Of a DNA stretch of 64,000 nt, positions 9,816-20,054 are shown one piece after another. The notes below the pieces were generated by a model, which did no database searches, was not told where the DNA came from, and saw nothing but the letters and a program-made list of their open reading frames with translations. The stretch comes from Hydrurus foetidus. Lineage: Eukaryota. The position numbers were made by a program, and so were the translations under genes. Numbering within the stretch: the stretch's first letter is position 1; each line of letters starts with the position of its first letter. The stretch is from NCBI GenBank assembly GCA_900617105.1, contig UYFQ01000023.1, positions 434,001 to 498,000 on the forward strand, given 5' to 3'.

Positions 9816-9832
9816 ACAAATAGAATTATAGC

Positions 9833-11101
9833 TCAGACTGGAGGGGTTTCCAGCTCAAAAATCTTGTGCAGTGCGCGCACAGCCAATTCCATGTACTTTT
9901 CGTCAATCACGACCGAGGTTTTGATCTCGCTGGTGGAGATCATTTGGATGTTGATACCCTCTTCGCTCAAACAGCGGAACATCTTGCTGGCCACGCCAAC
10001 ATGGCTGCGCATACCGATGCCGACGATGCTGATCTTGCAAATTTTGGTGTCACCCACCACATCTGCTGCGCCCAGGGAAGGCAGGACTTTTTCTTTGAGC
10101 AACTCCATCGTCTTGGCGTAGTCGTTGCGGTGAACGGTGAAGCTGAAGTCGGTTTTGCCGTCTTTGCTCAGGTTTTGAATGATGATGTCGACTTCAATGT
10201 TCGCATCAGCAACAGTACCCAAGATTTTGTAAGCAACGCCAGGGGTGTCAGGCACACCCAAAACAGAGATTTTGGCTTCGTCGCGGTTGAACGCGATGCC
10301 GGACACAATGGCTTGTTCCATTTGTTCGTCTTCCTCAAAAGTAATCAGGGTGCCCGATTGGGCTTCTTCGTGGATGTCGAGGTCCCAAGGCGTGAAGCTG
10401 GAGAGCACACGCAAAGGCACTTTGTATTTGCCAGCAAATTCAACCGAGCGAATTTGCAAGACTTTGGAGCCCATCGAGGCCATCTCCAACATCTCTTCAA
10501 AGCTCACGGTTTGCAGGCGGCGTGCGTCAGGCACCACACGGGGATCGGTGGTGTAAACGCCGTCTACGTCGGTAAAAATCAGGCATTCGCTGGCTTTGAG
10601 CGCGGCTGCCACAGCCACCGCTGACGTATCGCTGCCACCTCGCCCCAAGGTCGTGATGTTGTCGTCTTCGTCCACACCTTGAAAGCCAGTGACGATCACA
10701 ACCTTGCCTGCGTCCAAATCAGCACGGATGCGGGTGTCGTCAATCGACTCGATACGGGCTTTGGTGTACGCGCTGTTGGTTTTGATAGGCACTTGCCAGC
10801 CTGCATAGCTGACGGACTCCACACCTTCAGCCTGTAAAGCAATCGCCAAAAGACCTACAGACACCTGCTCGCCTGTGGCGGCCAATGCATCCAGCTCGCG
10901 GCTGTAGGCATCCGTAGGCTTCGACGGAGCCAGCTCTTTGGCCAAGCCCAGTAACCGGTTGGTTTCGCCGCTCATGGCGCTGGGCACCACCACCATTTGG
11001 TGGCCTGCCCGAGCCCATTTGGCGACACGTTTGGCGACGTTGCGGATGCGCTCGGTAGAGCCCATCGACGTGCCGCCGTATTTATGAACAATCAATGCCA
11101 T
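9833..11101 (-). CDS. lysC: Aspartate kinase
   Basis: KYGGTS, TLGRGGSDTSA, TDVDGVYTTDPR, two ACT domains. Confidence 0.97.
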   Translation of the reverse strand: MALIVHKYGGTSMGSTERIRNVAKRVAKWARAGHQMVVVPSAMSGETNRLLGLAKELAPSKPTDAYSRELDALAATGEQVSVGLLAIALQAEGVESVSYAGWQVPIKTNSAYTKARIESIDDTRIRADLDAGKVVIVTGFQGVDEDDNITTLGRGGSDTSAVAVAAALKASECLIFTDVDGVYTTDPRVVPDARRLQTVSFEEMLEMASMGSKVLQIRSVEFAGKYKVPLRVLSSFTPWDLDIHEEAQSGTLITFEEDEQMEQAIVSGIAFNRDEAKISVLGVPDTPGVAYKILGTVADANIEVDIIIQNLSKDGKTDFSFTVHRNDYAKTMELLKEKVLPSLGAADVVGDTKICKISIVGIGMRSHVGVASKMFRCLSEEGINIQMISTSEIKTSVVIDEKYMELAVRALHKIFELETPPV

Positions 11102-11190
11102 TGAAAAGCTTTTGAAAAATATGAAGAACTTTGGCCCATCACCGTGAAATCATCGTGAAGTTAGGGCCGCTAAATTATACCGGTGGGGTG

Positions 11191-12177
11191 TCACGCCTCG
11201 AACCGCAGGCACAAGCCCACGCGCTGCACAAACCCATTGGCCATTTTGAGGTGGATACGGTGGCCCCTTGTGGTGCAAGCCGTGATTTGCTTGCACAACT
11301 CCGCCAATTGCGCAGCGCTGGGAGCGCAGTGGTGCTTGTGTTGCAGCCAATAGCGCAGCAGGTTGGCTTGACGCTCAGGGCTCAGGGCTTGCAAGGCCTT
11401 GAGCCGCGGGGGCAAGCCACTCAACAAAGCATCGTCTTGTGCGAGTTGCACCAACAGGACTTGTGCTTGGGCGGCATGGCGTGCGCTGCGGGCCAAGGTT
11501 TGGCGAAAAGCGGGGAAAGCACGCTCTAGTGCAGGCAGCAACTGGTGGCGGATTTTGTTGCGTGTCAGCGCCTGGTTGGCATTGCTGGGGTCGCTGACAA
11601 ACGGAATGCGCAGAAGTGCCAACCAGTCACGTAGCGCCACGCCGCTTTGCGTCAGCACAGGACGATAGAAAACCACATCGCCCCGCTCAAACTGCTCAGC
11701 CATCGCAGCCAAGCCGGGCAAGCCCGCACCCCGGCTCAGTGCCAACAACAGCGTTTCGGCCTGATCGTCTGCATGATGGGCCAATGCTACATTTTTAATA
11801 GCCAACTGTGCTGATAAAAACTGCACGGCTGCGTATCTGGCCTTGCGAGCGGCATCTTCGGGGCTTTCACCCGGCACAGGCTGAACCTGCAAGTGCGCCA
11901 CAGACAAGGGAATACCGCGCTCGCAGCAAAAGTCTACGCAATGCTGCTCAAATTCCGCAGCGGCGGCTTGCATCCCGTGGTTGACATGGAGGGCGGTGAC
12001 ATGCCCAGGCCAGCTTTGCACAGCAGCAAGCAGCAACGCGGTGGAATCGGCACCACCGCTGTAGGCAATGCCCAGACGCTCGATGCCCTGCGCTTTCAGC
12101 CGTGCAACCAGGGCATCGCACCCTGGCTGGCAAGGGTTAAGCGCGTCTGCGCTCACCCTTGGTATCGGATTTGGCAT
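11191..12177 (-). CDS. tilS: tRNA(Ile)-lysidine synthetase
   Basis: PP-loop [37 protein letters not shown]; probable ATG 12177 overlaps the accA 3' end. Confidence 0.93.
   Translation of the reverse strand: MPNPIPRVSADALNPCQPGCDALVARLKAQGIERLGIAYSGGADSTALLLAAVQSWPGHVTALHVNHGMQAAAAEFEQHCVDFCCERGIPLSVAHLQVQPVPGESPEDAARKARYAAVQFLSAQLAIKNVALAHHADDQAETLLLALSRGAGLPGLAAMAEQFERGDVVFYRPVLTQSGVALRDWLALLRIPFVSDPSNANQALTRNKIRHQLLPALERAFPAFRQTLARSARHAAQAQVLLVQLAQDDALLSGLPPRLKALQALSPERQANLLRYWLQHKHHCAPSAAQLAELCKQITACTTRGHRIHLKMANGFVQRVGLCLRFEA
11786..11802 (+). repeat. Dispersed 17-bp element inside tilS
   Basis: GCTACATTTTTAATAGC-CAACTG-TGC. Confidence 0.7.
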
Positions 12178-13144
12178 CAGCTTTGGTGTCCGTCCAGCGG
12201 CCATAGCTTTGCAGGCGCTCGTAGCGGCGGTCAAGCAGATCCGCAATTTTCAGGTCACTGACTTGGCGGTAGGCGTCAGTCAACGCACGCTTCAAGAAAG
12301 CAGCCATTTGTTTGTGGTCACGGTGGGCACCACCGACAGGCTCATTCACAATTTTGTCGATCAACCCCAGTGCTTTCAGGCGGTGCGAGGTGATGCCTAG
12401 GGCATCCGCCGCCTCTTTGGCTTTGTCCGACGTTTTCCAAAGGATGGAAGCACAGCCTTCAGGGCTGATGACGGAATAGATGGCGTATTGCAGCATCACC
12501 ACCTGATCGCCCACCGAAATGGCCAATGCGCCGCCTGAGCCGCCCTCGCCGATGATGGTGGTGATGATGGGCACTTCGAGTTGTGCCATCTCGAAAATGT
12601 TGCGCCCAATGGCTTCGGACTGGCAGCGCTCTTCAGCATCAATACCGGGGTAAGCGCCGGGTGTGTCCACGAAGGTGAACACGGGCAGACCAAATTTTTC
12701 AGCGATTTTCATCAAACGCAGGGCTTTGCGGTAGCCCTCGGGCTTGGTCATGCCGAAATTGCGCAGGCCACGCTCTTTGGTGTCACGGCCTTTTTGATGG
12801 CCGATCACCATGCACGCCGTGCCATTGAAGCGAGCCAAACCGCCCACAATACTCAGATCATCTGAGAAATGGCGATCACCATGCAGCTCAACGAAATCGG
12901 TGAAAATTTCGCCAAGGTAGTCAAGCGTATAGGGACGCTCTGGGTGGCGGGCTATTTTGGTGATCTGCCAGGGGGTCAAATCACTGTAGATGTCTTTGGT
13001 GAGCTGCTGGCTTTTCTTGCTGAGCTGGTCAATTTCTTCAGAAATATCAACCGCCGACTCGGTTTGCACGTAGCGCAACTCTTCGATCTTGCTTTCCAAC
13101 TCAGCCACGGGCTGCTCGAAATCGAGAAATGTTTTTTTGGCCAA
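12137..13144 (-). CDS. accA: Acetyl-CoA carboxylase carboxyltransferase alpha subunit
   Basis: [44 protein letters not shown]. Confidence 0.97.
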   Translation of the reverse strand: MAKKTFLDFEQPVAELESKIEELRYVQTESAVDISEEIDQLSKKSQQLTKDIYSDLTPWQITKIARHPERPYTLDYLGEIFTDFVELHGDRHFSDDLSIVGGLARFNGTACMVIGHQKGRDTKERGLRNFGMTKPEGYRKALRLMKIAEKFGLPVFTFVDTPGAYPGIDAEERCQSEAIGRNIFEMAQLEVPIITTIIGEGGSGGALAISVGDQVVMLQYAIYSVISPEGCASILWKTSDKAKEAADALGITSHRLKALGLIDKIVNEPVGGAHRDHKQMAAFLKRALTDAYRQVSDLKIADLLDRRYERLQSYGRWTDTKADAKSDTKGERRRA

Positions 13145-13179
13145 AGTGGACTCCTAGAAAAATGCTGAAGGCGGCCTGT

Positions 13180-13839
13180 TCAGTAGGCGACCGGCAAAGG
13201 GTCAAGCGAGCGCCAAATATACCAAGTCGCTACGCTCCGGTACGGTGCCCAGGCGCTGGCGACCTCACGCGCATCGCTGCGGCTGACGGCTTCGCCTGAG
13301 AAATAGCCCTTGCTGATGCCATTGATAAGGCCGACATCGTCCAGGGGCAGCACATCGGGGCGCATCAGGTAGAAGATCAAAAACATCTCAGCCGTCCAGC
13401 GACCAATGCCACGAATGGCGACCAGCTCGGCAATGATGGCTTCGTCGTCCATCGCGTCCCAGCTTTTGACATGGACGGAGCCTGCATCAAAGTGCAGCGC
13501 TAAATCGACCAGGTATTCAACCTTGCGTACAGACAGACCTGCTGCACGCATATCATCCACCTTGAGCTTCAACACGAGTTCAGGCGTCATCGCGGCGGGC
13601 AAGAGTGCAAAGCGATCCCACACGGTTTGGGCCGCTTTCACGGAAATTTGTTGGCCGACGATGCTGCGCGCCAGGGTGCCAAAAGCGTCGCCGCGTGACT
13701 GTAAGCACGCATCGCCAAACTGAGGAATAAGGCGCTTCATCACCCGGTCTTTTTTGGTGAGATGCTTGCACGCAGCATCCCAATAGGCCGGTTTCACGGT
13801 GACGGGAACGGCACTCGCAGCAGAAATCTCGCTGGTCAT
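13180..13839 (-). CDS. DNA-3-methyladenine glycosylase II family (HhH-GPD)
   Basis: [34 protein letters not shown]. Confidence 0.9.
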   Translation of the reverse strand: MTSEISAASAVPVTVKPAYWDAACKHLTKKDRVMKRLIPQFGDACLQSRGDAFGTLARSIVGQQISVKAAQTVWDRFALLPAAMTPELVLKLKVDDMRAAGLSVRKVEYLVDLALHFDAGSVHVKSWDAMDDEAIIAELVAIRGIGRWTAEMFLIFYLMRPDVLPLDDVGLINGISKGYFSGEAVSRSDAREVASAWAPYRSVATWYIWRSLDPLPVAY

Positions 13840-15212
13840 TGCAAGGACTCCCAGGTGGTGCCCGCAGGCCCATCTTTCAGCACAATGCCCTGAGCGCTCA
13901 GCGCTTGGCGAATTTGATCAGCCAAAGCAAAGTTTTTGGCTTTTTTGGCCTCGGCACGTTGGGTGATTTGGGTTTGAATGGCGGCATCATCCAAGCCTGC
14001 ACCGGCTTGCAAAAATACTTTGGGATCCCCTTGCAGCAGTCCCAAGCATCCCGCAAGCGCTTTAAGCAAACCCGCTGTTTCGGGGTCACGGCTGCGGTTA
14101 ACCTCGGCGGCCAACTCAAACAGCACGGCCACCGCTTCGGGTGTGCCAAAGTCTTCGTCCATTGCTGCTTTAAAGCGAGCAGAAAAAGGATCGTTCCAGC
14201 TTATAGATACGGCGACAGGTGCTACCAAATCCAGAGCGGTATAAAGGCGTTTGAGGGCATTGCGCGCATCGATCAAATGCACATCGCTGTAGTTCAATGG
14301 GCTGCGGTAGTGGGTACGCACCACAAAAAACCGCACGGTTTCGGCATCAAACTGCGCCAGTACTTCACGGATGGTGAAAAAATTGCCCAGGCTTTTGGAC
14401 ATTTTTTCGTTGTCCAGATTCACAAAGGCGTTGTGCATCCACACACTGGCCATCGGCTTGTTGAAAGCGCCTTCGTTTTGGGCTATTTCGTTTTCGTGGT
14501 GAGGAAACGGCAAATCGGCCCCCCCGCCGTGAATATCAAAACTCTCGCCCAGCAAGGCGCAACTCATGGCGGAACATTCAATGTGCCACCCTGGCCGCCC
14601 CAAGCCGTAGGCGCTGTCCCATTTGGCGTCCGCAGGCTCGCTCTCTTTGGCGGTTTTCCACAGCACCGAATCCAAGGGATCGAGCTTGGCGCTGTGAACG
14701 GCCACCCGCTCACCGGCCCGCAGATCGTCCAGGGACTTGCCGGACAACTTGCCGTAGCCGGGAAACTTGCGCACCGACAGGTTCACATCCCCGTCGCTGG
14801 CGCGGTAGGCGAGACCTTTGCGCTCCAAAATCTCGATCAAGCCCAGCATTTGAGGCACGTAATCGGTGGCCCTGGGGCCATGCGTGGGGCGCTCGATGCC
14901 CAGGGCATCAAAATCGCGGTACATCTCGATGATCATGCGGTCGGTCAAGGCTTTGATGGATTCGCCGTTTTCGACGGCACGCCGGATGATTTTGTCGTCA
15001 ATGTCCGTGATGTTGCGCACATAGGTCACACGAAAACCGCTGACCTGAAGCCAACGCTGCACCACATCAAACGCGATGTTGGAGCGTGCATGCCCGATAT
15101 GGCACAAATCGTAAACGGTGATGCCGCACACATACATGCGCACATGGCCGGGTTCTAGGGGCACAAAATTTTGTACCGCACGCGTCAGCGTGTTAAAAAT
15201 TCTCAAAGTCAT
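13836..15212 (-). CDS. cysS: Cysteine--tRNA ligase
   Basis: [35 protein letters not shown]. Confidence 0.98.
   Translation of the reverse strand: MTLRIFNTLTRAVQNFVPLEPGHVRMYVCGITVYDLCHIGHARSNIAFDVVQRWLQVSGFRVTYVRNITDIDDKIIRRAVENGESIKALTDRMIIEMYRDFDALGIERPTHGPRATDYVPQMLGLIEILERKGLAYRASDGDVNLSVRKFPGYGKLSGKSLDDLRAGERVAVHSAKLDPLDSVLWKTAKESEPADAKWDSAYGLGRPGWHIECSAMSCALLGESFDIHGGGADLPFPHHENEIAQNEGAFNKPMASVWMHNAFVNLDNEKMSKSLGNFFTIREVLAQFDAETVRFFVVRTHYRSPLNYSDVHLIDARNALKRLYTALDLVAPVAVSISWNDPFSARFKAAMDEDFGTPEAVAVLFELAAEVNRSRDPETAGLLKALAGCLGLLQGDPKVFLQAGAGLDDAAIQTQITQRAEAKKAKNFALADQIRQALSAQGIVLKDGPAGTTWESLQ
14221..14237 (-). repeat. Dispersed 17-bp element inside cysS
   Basis: Reverse complement GCTCTGGATTTGGTAGC-ACCTGT-CGC-CGTATCTATAAGC. 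Confidence 0.7.
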
Positions 15213-15417
15213 GGGGGAAATTCAAAACCAAAGGACAGCGGAGGCCACAGCGCACGGAAGGCGAACGGACAGGCCAGCGCCCTGAAAATCAAGGGTGTAG
15301 TGCGAAGTAATGCCAGCCACCGCCAACAACACCCTCAGCTACAATCCGGCCAGTATATAGCCCACTTGGCGGGCATCTCATCGCGTTCCTTTATGGCGCA
15401 GACAGACTAGAGGATTT

Positions 15418-16476
15418 ATGAAGCTTGCCTGCTCGACACTCCCGAAAACACTTCGCCTGCTGGCCTTGGTTGCGACCCTGCTGCCAGCACTTGCCATCAT
15501 GCCCGCTGTTGCGGACGATTACAGCGATGTAGGCCAACTGCTTCGGGCTGGCAAATTCCCAGACGCCTTAGCAAAAGCAGACCTGTACCTGCAATCAAAA
15601 CCCCGCGATCCACAAATGCGTTTTGTGAAGGGCGTCATCCAATCTGAATCTGGCAAACCCTTTGATGCAATTGCCACATTCACCAAGCTGACCGAAGATT
15701 ACCCCGAGCTGCCTGAGCCGTACAACAATTTGGCCGTACTGTATGCCAGTCAAAACCAGCTGGACAAAGCGCGCACGGCGCTTGAAATGGCGATCCGCAC
15801 CAACCCCAGTTACACCACCGCCCATGAAAACTTGGGTGATGTGTACGCCAAGTTAGCCAGCCAAGCCTACGCCAAAGCCTTGCAACTGGACGCCAACAAC
15901 AACGCTGTGCAGCCCAAACTCGCCTTGATTCGCGAACTGTTTGCCCCCAATGTCAAAGGACAGCGTGCCGGAACACCCGCTGTTACACCAGCTGTAGCGA
16001 CTGCACCCGCCGCGGTGGCTCCGATAGCCACAGTCAAAGCACCAACCGCAGCCCCCTTGCCTGCCGTAGCGCCAGCACCGGCACCCGTAGCGGCACCTAC
16101 ACCACCACCCGCCCCTGCGGCCATCGCTTCACCTGCATCGACCAAAGATGTGGAAAATGCGGTTCACGCTTGGGCATCCGCTTGGGGTGCCAAAGACATG
16201 GCGGGTTATTTAGGTGCCTATGGCCGTGAATTCGACACACCGGGCAAACAATCTCGTGCGTCCTGGGAAGAAGAGCGGCGCAAGCGCATTTTGGGCAAAT
16301 CCAGTATCAGCGTGAAATTGCGTGACATGTCGATATCTGTCAAAGGCAATACCGCTGTCGTCCACTTTAAACAAGAGTACGTGGCAAACTCATTGACCGC
16401 CAACAGCCGTAAAACGCTGGAACTGGTGAAAACCGGTGAGCGCTGGGTCATCGTCAAGGAACAATCAGGCTCTTGA
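15418..16476 (+). CDS. Exported TPR protein with Pro/Ala linker and C-terminal NTF2-like domain
   Basis: Signal peptide; TPRs (PELPEPYNNLAVLYA, AHENLGDVY); C-terminal WASAW...YLGAY...VHFKQEY...KTLEL...WVIVKE. Confidence 0.8.
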   Translation: MKLACSTLPKTLRLLALVATLLPALAIMPAVADDYSDVGQLLRAGKFPDALAKADLYLQSKPRDPQMRFVKGVIQSESGKPFDAIATFTKLTEDYPELPEPYNNLAVLYASQNQLDKARTALEMAIRTNPSYTTAHENLGDVYAKLASQAYAKALQLDANNNAVQPKLALIRELFAPNVKGQRAGTPAVTPAVATAPAAVAPIATVKAPTAAPLPAVAPAPAPVAAPTPPPAPAAIASPASTKDVENAVHAWASAWGAKDMAGYLGAYGREFDTPGKQSRASWEEERRKRILGKSSISVKLRDMSISVKGNTAVVHFKQEYVANSLTANSRKTLELVKTGERWVIVKEQSGS

Positions 16477-16515
16477 CCTTAAAACCGTCAACCCGCAACG
16501 GGGTTCACGCACAGC

Positions 16516-17955
16516 GTGATGCCCCGTTTTTTTGTTGACCCTATGCTGCCCATGAAGCGAGCGTTTCTAGCTCTACTGTTTACCGTCATCAGTTCTGTTC
16601 TCACGCCCAGCCATGCTGCGGGTGAGGGCAGACAGGCGCACACGCGCCACCATGCGGCGATACCTTCCCCTGCCGTTACCGCGGCGGTAAGCAAACCGGT
16701 GCCGGTAGCGCGTGCGATGCCCCCAACGCCCGCGCTACCGTCCACCAAACCACGGTTCATCAAAACTGCGGCAACCGCTGCGGGTACAGGTCTGGCCTTG
16801 TCCGCTGCCTCGGGAGGCAGCAGCCTGCAAGCTGCACGACGCGACGGTGAGGCGGAAGCGAAGCTGCTGGAAGTCTATCGGCTGGTGGGACTCGGCCAAA
16901 CCAAACCAGCACTGGCCAAGGCAGAAGCTTTGGTTAAAACACATCCTAATTTTCAGCTTGCACAGCTGGTCTATGGCGACTTGCTGTCTTCACGCAGCCG
17001 CCCGGTACGCATGATGGGTGACGTGCCTGAATCCACCGCGCGTTTGGCCGCCCCTGTGCTGGCTGATTTACGGGAAGAATCGCTGATGCGCCTCAAAGCC
17101 CTGCGCGAGCGCCCGCCCCCAGGCACCATTCCCTCGCAGTTTTTGCTGCTGCCACAGCGCAGCCGTCACGCGATTGCCGTGGATGCCTCACGCTCGCGTT
17201 TGTACCTGTTTGAAAACACCTCCAACGGTCTGCGTTTGCTGGCGGATTACTACATTTCGGTGGGCAAATCAGGCATTGAAAAAATGGCAGAGGGTGATCT
17301 GCGCACGCCGCTGGGCGTGTATTTCATCACCGGCAGCGTCAACCCCAAAGCATTGAAAGACTTCTATGGGGCTGGTGCCCTGCCCATCAACTACCCCAAC
17401 CCGCTGGACACCCGCCGGGGTAAAACCGGCAGTGGCATTTGGTTGCACGGCACACCGCCCGCTCAGTTTGCGCGCCCACCCAAAGCGTCTGACGGTTGCG
17501 TGGTGATGGCCAACCCCGATTTGCAGTTCATCATGAGCACCGTGGAAATCCGCAGCACGCCTGTGGTGATTGCGCCTAGCCTGAACTGGGTGCCACCGCA
17601 AAGCGTCAACCCCGAAGTCAGCGCGTTTGAAGCGGTGCTACAAGGCTGGCGCACAGCCAAATCCACAGGCAACCTGCCCCGCACACTGAGCTACTACGCT
17701 TCTGACTTCAACAACGAAGGCCGTGACATCAACGCCTACGCCCCCATCGTGCGCAAAGAGATGGAAAAAGCCTCGGGGCGTGAAATCGCACTCAAAGAAC
17801 TGTCAGTGCTGCGCTGGACGGACAGCAATGCTGACACGATGGTTGTTACTTTTGGTGAAGTCGTCGAAGGCTCCATCACCGGCCCCAAAAAACGCCAGTA
17901 CTGGACGCGCCAAGGCAACCAATGGAAAATCTTCTTTGAAGGCATCATCGGATGA
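16516..17955 (+). CDS. L,D-transpeptidase (YkuD) family protein with C-terminal NTF2-like domain
   Basis: EGDLRTPLGVY, YPNPLD, GSGIWLHG...SDGC; C-terminal WRTAKS...YY...F...KRQYW...WKIFFE; start uncertain. Confidence 0.85.
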   Translation: MMPRFFVDPMLPMKRAFLALLFTVISSVLTPSHAAGEGRQAHTRHHAAIPSPAVTAAVSKPVPVARAMPPTPALPSTKPRFIKTAATAAGTGLALSAASGGSSLQAARRDGEAEAKLLEVYRLVGLGQTKPALAKAEALVKTHPNFQLAQLVYGDLLSSRSRPVRMMGDVPESTARLAAPVLADLREESLMRLKALRERPPPGTIPSQFLLLPQRSRHAIAVDASRSRLYLFENTSNGLRLLADYYISVGKSGIEKMAEGDLRTPLGVYFITGSVNPKALKDFYGAGALPINYPNPLDTRRGKTGSGIWLHGTPPAQFARPPKASDGCVVMANPDLQFIMSTVEIRSTPVVIAPSLNWVPPQSVNPEVSAFEAVLQGWRTAKSTGNLPRTLSYYASDFNNEGRDINAYAPIVRKEMEKASGREIALKELSVLRWTDSNADTMVVTFGEVVEGSITGPKKRQYWTRQGNQWKIFFEGIIG

Positions 17956-17970
17956 CCCATCCTTACTTCT

Positions 17971-18711
17971 ATGGCTACTCCCACTTCCATAACGCCCATG
18001 ACAACCATGACGACGCTCACAACCACAATCGCATCCACTTTCACCAAACGCGCCCTGCTCACCACCGCCCTGCTCGGTAGCTTGGTCTTTGCCAGTGGCG
18101 CTAACGCCGCAGACACTCCTAAAGTAAAATTCGCCACCACTGAAGGCGATTTTGTCGTTGAGCTTTACCCCGATCTCGCCCCCAAAACGGTTGAAAACTT
18201 CTTGCAGTACGTGAAAGACAAGCACTACGACGGCACCATTTTTCACCGCGTCATCAATGATTTCATGGTGCAAGGCGGTGGTTTTGACGCGGCTTACGTG
18301 CAAAAGAAAACCCGCCCTCCGGTCGTGAACGAAGGCCGCGATGCTATCGCCAAAGGTGGCCCTAAAAATGTGGTCGGCACGATTGCCATGGCGCGCACCA
18401 ACGAGCCCAACTCGGCCACCTCGCAGTTTTTCATCAACGTGAACGCAAACACCTCACTCGATGCCACGGTGATCCCACCCGGCGACCCTGTCTCCAAATT
18501 TGAGTACGGTGGTCGCACTTACGAGAACGTACCTCGCGCCAATTTGTTGAACGCCTCGCAGCTGGTCGGCTATGCCGTGTTTGGCAAAGTCGTCAGCGGC
18601 ATGGACGTGGTGAACAAAATGAAACTCACGCCCACCAGCGCGGGCGGCCCCTTCCCTTCCGATGTGCCCAAAACACAAATCCTTATCAACTCCGCCACCT
18701 TGGTGAAATAA
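17971..18711 (+). CDS. ppiA: Periplasmic cyclophilin-type peptidyl-prolyl isomerase
   Basis: Signal peptide, [34 protein letters not shown]. Confidence 0.9.
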   Translation: MATPTSITPMTTMTTLTTTIASTFTKRALLTTALLGSLVFASGANAADTPKVKFATTEGDFVVELYPDLAPKTVENFLQYVKDKHYDGTIFHRVINDFMVQGGGFDAAYVQKKTRPPVVNEGRDAIAKGGPKNVVGTIAMARTNEPNSATSQFFINVNANTSLDATVIPPGDPVSKFEYGGRTYENVPRANLLNASQLVGYAVFGKVVSGMDVVNKMKLTPTSAGGPFPSDVPKTQILINSATLVK

Positions 18712-18714
18712 ATC

Positions 18715-19224
18715 ATGAGCAACCCTAAAATCGACCTCCACATCCTCGACCACGGCATCATTACGCTGGAACTCGATGAGGCTAAAGCGCCTAAATCTGT
18801 CGCCAACTTTTTGAGCTATGTCAAAAAAGGCCATTACGACCGCACCATCTTTCACCGTGTGATTCCTAATTTCATGGTTCAAGGCGGCGGCTTTGAGCTA
18901 GGCATGACGCAAAAATCAAGCGATGCACCCATCAGTAACGAAGCTGACAACGGTTTGAAAAACGACAAATACACCGTGGCGATGGCACGTACCAGCGACC
19001 CACACTCTGCCACCCAGCAGTTTTTCATTAACGTGGCTGACAACGGATTCTTGAACCACACCGCTATCAGCGCTTCAGGCTGGGGCTACGCCGTGTTTGG
19101 CAAAGTAATCGCAGGCACCGAGATTGTTGACAAGATCACCACCGTCAAAACCGGCAACAAAGGCCATCATGGCGATGTGCCGAAAGAAGATGTGATTCTG
19201 GAAAAGGCTGTGCTCGTCGCCTAA
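18715..19224 (+). CDS. ppiB: Cytoplasmic cyclophilin-type peptidyl-prolyl isomerase
   Basis: [34 protein letters not shown]. Confidence 0.93.
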   Translation: MSNPKIDLHILDHGIITLELDEAKAPKSVANFLSYVKKGHYDRTIFHRVIPNFMVQGGGFELGMTQKSSDAPISNEADNGLKNDKYTVAMARTSDPHSATQQFFINVADNGFLNHTAISASGWGYAVFGKVIAGTEIVDKITTVKTGNKGHHGDVPKEDVILEKAVLVA

Positions 19225-19227
19225 GAC

Positions 19228-20049
19228 GTGCCCATGTCCTCGGAAATGAACCTGGCCTCCTCTCCAAGCTCGGGGCCTTTCCCCACCCTACAAGCACCCG
19301 CAGATTGGAAAAGCGTCGAGTTCATTTCTGACCTGCATTTGCACCCCACTGAGGGTGCCACCTTCCAAGCGTGGCAGCGCTATTTAGCCAACACCTCAGC
19401 GGATGCCCTGTTCATGCTGGGTGATCTGTTTGAAGTTTGGGTGGGGGACGATGCAGCCAGCAAACCGGACAGCTTCGAGGCTGAATGTATCGCCTTGATC
19501 GCCTCCACAGCCCGCCAGCGGCCCATCTTTTTCATGCACGGTAACAGGGATTTTTTGCTGGGCGACGCTTTCGCAACCCAATCCCAGACCCAATTCCTCA
19601 GTGACCCCACCGTACTTTGCTTCGGTGGCGAACGCTTCTTGCTTTCACACGGCGATGCACTGTGTTTAAGTGATACCGATTATCAAAAATTCCGAGCTGA
19701 AGTGCGCTCTAAGGCATGGCAAGCGTCGTTTTTAGCGCAACCGCTGACGGAGCGCATCCGTATTGCCCGGGAAATACGAAGCCACAGCGAGGCACGCAAA
19801 CTGGCCTCCGCCCATCACCTTGCAAAGCACGATTTGGATGTCACTGCCGTCAACATGTGGCTCGCTACAGCCCAAGCCTCAACCTTGATTCACGGCCACA
19901 CCCACCAACCGGCCAGTCATGACCTGGGGGAAGATCGAGTGCGTGTCGTACTGAGTGACTGGGATGCAACCGCCCAGCCACCGCGTGCTCAAGTGCTAAG
20001 GCTGACGCTTGATTCAGACATTAAAAAACCACAGCTGACGCGCTGTTAG
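19228..20049 (+). CDS. lpxH: UDP-2,3-diacylglucosamine diphosphatase
   Basis: ISDLHL, GDLFE.W.GDD, HGNRDFL, HGD, HGHTH; follows ppiB as usual. Confidence 0.93.
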   Translation: MPMSSEMNLASSPSSGPFPTLQAPADWKSVEFISDLHLHPTEGATFQAWQRYLANTSADALFMLGDLFEVWVGDDAASKPDSFEAECIALIASTARQRPIFFMHGNRDFLLGDAFATQSQTQFLSDPTVLCFGGERFLLSHGDALCLSDTDYQKFRAEVRSKAWQASFLAQPLTERIRIAREIRSHSEARKLASAHHLAKHDLDVTAVNMWLATAQASTLIHGHTHQPASHDLGEDRVRVVLSDWDATAQPPRAQVLRLTLDSDIKKPQLTRC

Positions 20050-20054
20050 TCCAA

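Noticed and set aside
13839..15158. 439-aa ORF antisense to cysS (likewise 30465-31463, 50365-51366, 51628-52476)
   Set aside because: Expected shadow frames of GC-rich genes; no domain features.
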